NCBI GenBank assembly: GCA_022601435.1
Contig: JAJACQ010000025.1
Coordinates: 10,563 to 74,562, forward strand
DNA: 64,000 nt
From: Chlamydiia bacterium
Lineage (GTDB): Bacteria; Chlamydiota; Chlamydiia; Chlamydiales; 2-12-FULL-49-11
Direction of reading: 5' to 3'
Position 1 is the stretch's first letter. Each line of letters opens with the position of its first letter. Shown here in pieces: positions 59,619 to 64,000 of this stretch. The notes beneath the pieces are model-generated. The model was not told the DNA's origin. It did not search any database and was given only the letters and a program-made list of their open reading frames with translations. A program made the position numbers and the translations under genes.

Positions 59619-60377
59619 TTACAAACCAGATAAAATACTTTCAAATCGATTTATTTGTTTGTCTGTAACAGCAGAATCAAAGGCTCTTACTCTCTCATCA
59701 AGATATCCATATCTTAATCCTATAAAAGGAATCTTTCGCTTTTCACAAGTTTCTTCAACAGCCCTTAAATTGTCCCATTTATCATTGATAAAAACGATTT
59801 TCCTAGGATTAATTCCAAGCTTATCTAGAAATGAGAATAATGTTGTTCCTTTATGAGTTGCTGCGGTAAATAATACACCATTTCGATAAATAACACTTCG
59901 CCCTTGCACAAATAAATAGTCGTGGTCAATTAGTGCTGATCTTGAAAAATCAATACCTAGTTCCTCTAGTTGTATTATAGTATTTCTAGACATTGTCACA
60001 CCACGAGTTGTAAAGCCCATCATCATAATATGATCGTCTTGTTGAGCCTTAATTATTTTATCACTGCCTGGTTCTACTTCTATAGGTTTTGATAACTGCT
60101 GAAACGCCGCCCACTCATTCAAAGTTCTATCTAAAGCTTTTTGCTTATTTTCTATTCTTGATCTATTAGTTTTTAATCTTTCTTGAAACCACTGATCAGT
60201 ACCTAAATCTTGCGGAAGTGTCACTAAAGTGTTATCTATATCATATAAAAATAACACACCTTCTTCTTTGTACTTATCCATATCAGCAATAGTGCTTGAT
60301 TCGATAATTTCTGCGGATAAAAAAGATACTGCAGTGCAAAATATTAACATAAAATTTTTCATAATACTCCTACCCAT
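59619..60377 (-). CDS. DUF2608 family exported HAD-like protein
   Basis: Signal peptide, LYDIDNTL (DxD), GFTTR, HKG, IVFINDK..NL, FIGLRY. Confidence 0.85.
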   Translation of the reverse strand: MGRSIMKNFMLIFCTAVSFLSAEIIESSTIADMDKYKEEGVLFLYDIDNTLVTLPQDLGTDQWFQERLKTNRSRIENKQKALDRTLNEWAAFQQLSKPIEVEPGSDKIIKAQQDDHIMMMGFTTRGVTMSRNTIIQLEELGIDFSRSALIDHDYLFVQGRSVIYRNGVLFTAATHKGTTLFSFLDKLGINPRKIVFINDKWDNLRAVEETCEKRKIPFIGLRYGYLDERVRAFDSAVTDKQINRFESILSGL

Positions 60378-60522
60378 AAAACCTTAAGACTTTAGCAGCA
60401 ATTAAGTTTTTCTGAATAGAGTTTTTTTTCGAAAAATATATAGAAATGTCTACAATTACCTTTAAAGTCCTCTTACGAACACATGTATAATATTTTTTTA
60501 AAAAAAATATTCAAGAGACCAT

Positions 60523-60552
60523 TTGACGTAAAAAGAACCTATACACTATAAT
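60523..60552 (+). promoter_or_regulatory. Putative sigma66/70-type promoter of tRNA-Leu/trmB
   Basis: TTGACG-18 bp-TATAAT, 16 bp upstream of the tRNA. Confidence 0.7.
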
Positions 60553-60568
60553 TCTGGTTCAAATAAGT

Positions 60569-60650
60569 GCCCAGGTGGTGAAATTGGTAGACACGCTAGA
60601 TTTAGGTTCTAGTGCTGTGAGGCGTGGAAGTTCGAGTCTTCTCCTGGGCA
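60569..60650 (+). tRNA. tRNA-Leu (anticodon TAG), CCA not encoded
   Basis: GCCCAGG/CCTGGGC acceptor stem, CTAGA-TTTAGGT-TCTAG anticodon arm, long variable arm, GTTCGAG T-loop. Confidence 0.97.
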
Positions 60651-60666
60651 TAATTTCAAAAAATAT

Positions 60667-61368
60667 ATGAGACCGAAAGATTTAGAGTTTACTATTAAGG
60701 GTTTTGAAACGCGGAAGCCATCTTTTTCCGACGGTGTTTTGACTATCCCCTCATATTTTGAAAAGCATGATAGAAATTTATTTCCGGAATTAAATACAAA
60801 ACTTGAACGCTATCAAACAATTCATGTTGAAATTTGCAGTGGTAACGGCGAATGGATTGCAGAACGTGCTCAAAAGAATCCTGAAATTCTCTATTTTGCG
60901 GTCGAAAAAAAATTCATGCGAATCAGAAAGATCTGGTCAAAGATGAAAAATAAAGGTCTTGAAAATCTAATCATTGTTTCTGGCATGGGAGAAGATTTTT
61001 TAGATCACTACCTTGATAGGGAATCCATTGATGAGGTCTTTGTAAACTTTCCTGATCCTTGGCCTAAAAAACGACACGCTAAACACCGCATTATTAAAGA
61101 GTCATTTTTAAAACCAGTCTATGACGTTTTGAAAGCCGACGGGCAAATCACTACAACTACGGATAGCAAGGAATATAGCGAGGAAATGATTGAAGTATTT
61201 AGCGCTTCTGATCTATTTAATAATCTTTATCCAAATGGCTTTACTCCTCTAGATGAATCTTACGGTGGATCTTACTTTAAAAGATTGTGGAGTGAGATGG
61301 GACGCAAAAATCGATTAATGACTTTTAAAAAAGTGGAAAAAGAATTATGCGCATCGCCGAAAATCTAA
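60667..61368 (+). CDS. trmB: tRNA (guanine-N7)-methyltransferase
   Basis: VEICSGNGEW, FAVE, VNFPDPWPKKRHAKHR, TTD. Confidence 0.93.
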   Translation: MRPKDLEFTIKGFETRKPSFSDGVLTIPSYFEKHDRNLFPELNTKLERYQTIHVEICSGNGEWIAERAQKNPEILYFAVEKKFMRIRKIWSKMKNKGLENLIIVSGMGEDFLDHYLDRESIDEVFVNFPDPWPKKRHAKHRIIKESFLKPVYDVLKADGQITTTTDSKEYSEEMIEVFSASDLFNNLYPNGFTPLDESYGGSYFKRLWSEMGRKNRLMTFKKVEKELCASPKI

Positions 61369-62339
61369 CCGCCTGTTTACAATCTTTAAACTCATACGAT
61401 TGTATTAACTTAAGTCTTGATGGATCACCTAGTAGTAATCTTTCATTTCCTGATTTAGATCATAAGATCGAAGAAATTCTAAACCTTGATAAAAAAATCT
61501 GCCTTGAACTCTTTTTGAATTTGCAAACTGAGTCTTTTTCTTTTTATAATCCTCTTGAATTCTCAATAAGAAAACGCTCTTTAGAAGTCCTACTAGAAAG
61601 GATTTCTAATATTCCTGAAGAAAAAATTTCTCACATAATTCTATATCGAGGTTCTATTGATTTTTCAAATCACATTAAACGTAACGTGCAACTTAATGAA
61701 GAATATCTGCTGTGGAAAAAAGATCTTCTGGAAAATGATATCGATGAAGAACACCTTTTACACATCTACTCATCAAAACTTATATCTGACTTTTTCCACT
61801 CACTTGCCGCCATTTTACCCGATCATATAAAAGCTGCCCTTCTACTTTCCTTGCCTCAAGAACTAGGCGTTGCAAAAACTTCTGAACTTATCTCTGAAGA
61901 AACTTTTTCTCATATCGATATCGGCATAAAAAACCCTCCCTTCTTTCACGAAGGAATCAGCTGGGGTCAAGGATCTGGCTTTCACTCCCTTTCATTTACC
62001 CCACAAAATTCCCTTGCCGAAGATGAAGTTAAAACTGCCGTGATACTCCCCTTCTTTGGAAACTGTAACTACAAACGATTTGAAAAAATCTGCGACAAAC
62101 TAAAAAAACGAAATATCCCCTTCAAAGTGATTGAAGAAAATCTTTTAAACGAAAAGTGGTTCGATATCGACGTGATCATTTTTGATCATGACTCAACCTC
62201 CTTCGACGGAAAACGAATGGTAGATGGCTTTATCGCGGCTGGGGGAAAAGCCTTCGTTTTTGATGACGAAAAAACCTACGAAAGAGAAAACGTCACCTCA
62301 GAATACGGATACTTAAATTTTGAAAGCTTCAATGCATAA
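61347..62339 (+). CDS. Hypothetical protein
   Basis: 330-aa ORF overlapping the trmB end; C-terminal IPFKVIEE..W..ID..GKRMVDGFIAAGG (possibly GATase-like). Confidence 0.7.
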   Translation: MRIAENLTACLQSLNSYDCINLSLDGSPSSNLSFPDLDHKIEEILNLDKKICLELFLNLQTESFSFYNPLEFSIRKRSLEVLLERISNIPEEKISHIILYRGSIDFSNHIKRNVQLNEEYLLWKKDLLENDIDEEHLLHIYSSKLISDFFHSLAAILPDHIKAALLLSLPQELGVAKTSELISEETFSHIDIGIKNPPFFHEGISWGQGSGFHSLSFTPQNSLAEDEVKTAVILPFFGNCNYKRFEKICDKLKKRNIPFKVIEENLLNEKWFDIDVIIFDHDSTSFDGKRMVDGFIAAGGKAFVFDDEKTYERENVTSEYGYLNFESFNA

Positions 62340-62363
62340 AAATGAATTTATTTAAAGAAATGG

Positions 62364-62393
62364 TTGATGGAAAACCTCTTGATGCCTTATACT
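62364..62393 (+). promoter_or_regulatory. Putative promoter of tRNA-Pro
   Basis: TTGATG-18 bp-TATACT, 17 bp upstream of the tRNA. Confidence 0.55.
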
Positions 62394-62410
62394 GATGCAT
62401 ACTTTTTTTT

Positions 62411-62485
62411 CGGGGTATAGCGCAGCTTGGCTAGCGCGTCTGGTTTGGGACCAGAAGGTCGGGGGTTCGAATCCCTCTACCCCGA
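62411..62485 (+). tRNA. tRNA-Pro (anticodon TGG), CCA not encoded
   Basis: CGGGGTA/TACCCCG acceptor stem, TCTGG-TTTGGGA-CCAGA anticodon arm, GGTTCGAATCC T-arm. Confidence 0.97.
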
Positions 62486-62923
62486 ACTTGTTACAACTAA
62501 CTCCTTTCGCTTCCCAAGAATCTTGGATTCAGAGAATGGGATGAGAACCCCCGAAGGGGTTCGAAAGCGAGCTAAAACATCTTGTTACACCGAATCTTCG
62601 AGCTTACCCAACAATGCGAAGCATTGTGCAGGAAATCCCTCTACCCCGAACTTGTTACTGTAATAACATTATACTACCAAAGCTTCTTGGACTCAGAGAA
62701 TGGGATGAGAACCCCCGAAGGGGTTCGAAAGCGAGCTAAAACATCTTGTTACACCGAATCTTCGAGCTTACCCAGCAATGCGAAGCATTGTGCAGGAAAA
62801 GCGAGCTAAAACATCTTGTTACACCGAATTCTTCGAGCTTACCCAGCAATGCGAAGCATTGTGCAGGAAATCCCTCTACCCCGAACTTGTTACAACTAAC
62901 CCTTTTGTCTCCCAAGAATCTTG
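62470..62923 (+). repeat. tRNA-linked nested repeat array (164-bp unit, 235-bp unit, partial third unit)
   Basis: AATCCCTCTACCCCGAACTTGTTAC at 62470, 62634 and 62869; 70-bp inner module at 62565, 62729 and 62799. Confidence 0.95.
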
Positions 62924-62969
62924 AACCCTAAGTAAGTTCTGAAAATAATTTTCTAATAAATTTTAAAAC

Positions 62970-64000
62970 CTATTTTTCAAGAGGAGGTTTTTCGTGGAGG
63001 GCGAAGGTTATTAAGATGGCGACTACCATGGAAAAGCAGCCCATCATTAAATAGCCTTGGGCGGCGGTGATGTCTATTACTTCGCCAAATAAGAAGAGCG
63101 TTGCAGCTCCGCACAAAACGGCGACGAAGCTTAGAAAAGTTCCGGCAGAAACAAAGCTTCCGCGGCTTTTTTCAGGACTTATAAATTGCACGTAGGCGTC
63201 TAATGGAACAATGTAGAGACCGCCGTGCATGCCGATAGAAAAGAACAAAAAGCATGATAGAATCAGGTTGTATTGGCAAACATATAGCAGGATATAAGAA
63301 GTAGCCGTTCCGTATCCTCCCCAAAGTGACAACCAAAGTTTTACGCTATCGGATGCAATAATGCTTACTAAAAAGGATCCAACGCCTAAGCCCAGGGCGG
63401 CGGCAAGGTACACGTATCCTGTTTGAATATCTGTTATACCTAAAGATTCGATGCCAAATGGAATTAAGTTTAATTGTGTGAATGATGCAGTATATAAAAA
63501 AAAGGCCGATGAAAAAAGAGCCAAGTTCAAATGTTTATATTCTCTTGCTGCTTTCACAGAGCGAAAAATTTGTGTAAGAAAAAAGAAGTTAACTTTTTTA
63601 TCAGGATCTTTAACGGGAGTTTTTTCTATCATATAAGAGGTAACTACTGCGATCACAGATATAAGAATGCAAAATATCACTATGAGCGGAAAGTTTCTTT
63701 TAGTCATTTCAGACAAAAAAGAAGCAAGAAACGTTCCTAGCAAAATAGCTAGGTAGGTAAACAGGGTCATATGACCATTTGCACGGGTAATGCGCGATTC
63801 AGGTTCGATTTCTGGAATGATCGAGTATTTCATAGGGCTAAAAAAAGCCGATTGTAATGCAATAAGAAATAGAGCAAAATAAGAAGTTACTTCATGGTTA
63901 TAGTAGATTGCAAAATAGGCAAGTATCATGAAGATGAGTTCAGCCCAGGATGTCCAGAGAATGATAGTCCGTTTACTCATCCTATCGCCCATTTGACCTG
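62970..64000 (-). CDS. MFS transporter, LplT/Aas lysophospholipid-transporter-like (5'-truncated by window)
   Basis: AGQMGDRMSKR, LQSAFFSPMKYSIIPE, ANG, GGLYIVPLDAYVQ; frame open to window end. Confidence 0.85.
   Translation of the reverse strand, partial: GQMGDRMSKRTIILWTSWAELIFMILAYFAIYYNHEVTSYFALFLIALQSAFFSPMKYSIIPEIEPESRITRANGHMTLFTYLAILLGTFLASFLSEMTKRNFPLIVIFCILISVIAVVTSYMIEKTPVKDPDKKVNFFFLTQIFRSVKAAREYKHLNLALFSSAFFLYTASFTQLNLIPFGIESLGITDIQTGYVYLAAALGLGVGSFLVSIIASDSVKLWLSLWGGYGTATSYILLYVCQYNLILSCFLFFSIGMHGGLYIVPLDAYVQFISPEKSRGSFVSAGTFLSFVAVLCGAATLFLFGEVIDITAAQGYLMMGCFSMVVAILITFALHEKPPLEK

Noticed and set aside
62470-62923. CRISPR array interpretation of the repeat region
   Set aside because: The conserved part is ~138 bp and begins with a tRNA 3' end, variable segments 1 and 3 are related to each other, and no cas genes are present
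62427-62931. ORFs 62427..62663, 62582..62809 and 62746..62931
   Set aside because: They overlap tRNA-Pro and the repeat units in different frames; these are translation artefacts of the repeats
415-63740. Numerous 60-130 aa antisense or alternate-frame ORFs (e.g. 946..1194, 15667..15957, 22152..22472, 26560..26952, 34437..34619, 53983..54222)
   Set aside because: Wholly or largely nested in well-supported genes, with no RBS or motif support

Overview
AT-rich bacterial chromosome segment whose gene content and order (rpmG-lolE-lolD, folD-apbE, dcd/ruvB/SpoIID-like, dnaN-recF without dnaA, DUF2608, a CdsC-like secretin, DUF648-like and IQ/LRR effector-like proteins) point to an environmental member of the Chlamydiota. 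It is mostly housekeeping and envelope genes (mlaEFD, two oppA, EmrAB-TolC, ddl, tsaC/tsaD, rnr, pgi, trmB), plus tRNA-Leu(TAG), tRNA-Pro(TGG) and an rpmG missed by the ORF track. I found no transposase, integrase, cas gene or rRNA. The most unusual structure is a nested repeat array directly behind tRNA-Pro. It has 164-bp units that each start with the tRNA 3' end and carry a variable ~26-bp segment. Each complete unit also rebuilds the tRNA T-arm with a discrete 70-bp cassette inserted in the T-loop, once as a single copy and once as a tandem pair. Other points of note are a G-U-rich hairpin covering the pgi ribosome-binding site, a ~110-bp palindromic element after dcd, a putative active/inactive pair of papain-like proteins, an orphan short secretin, duplicated Cys-rich microproteins and three decaying genes. 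All product calls come from motif recognition by eye, with no database searches.
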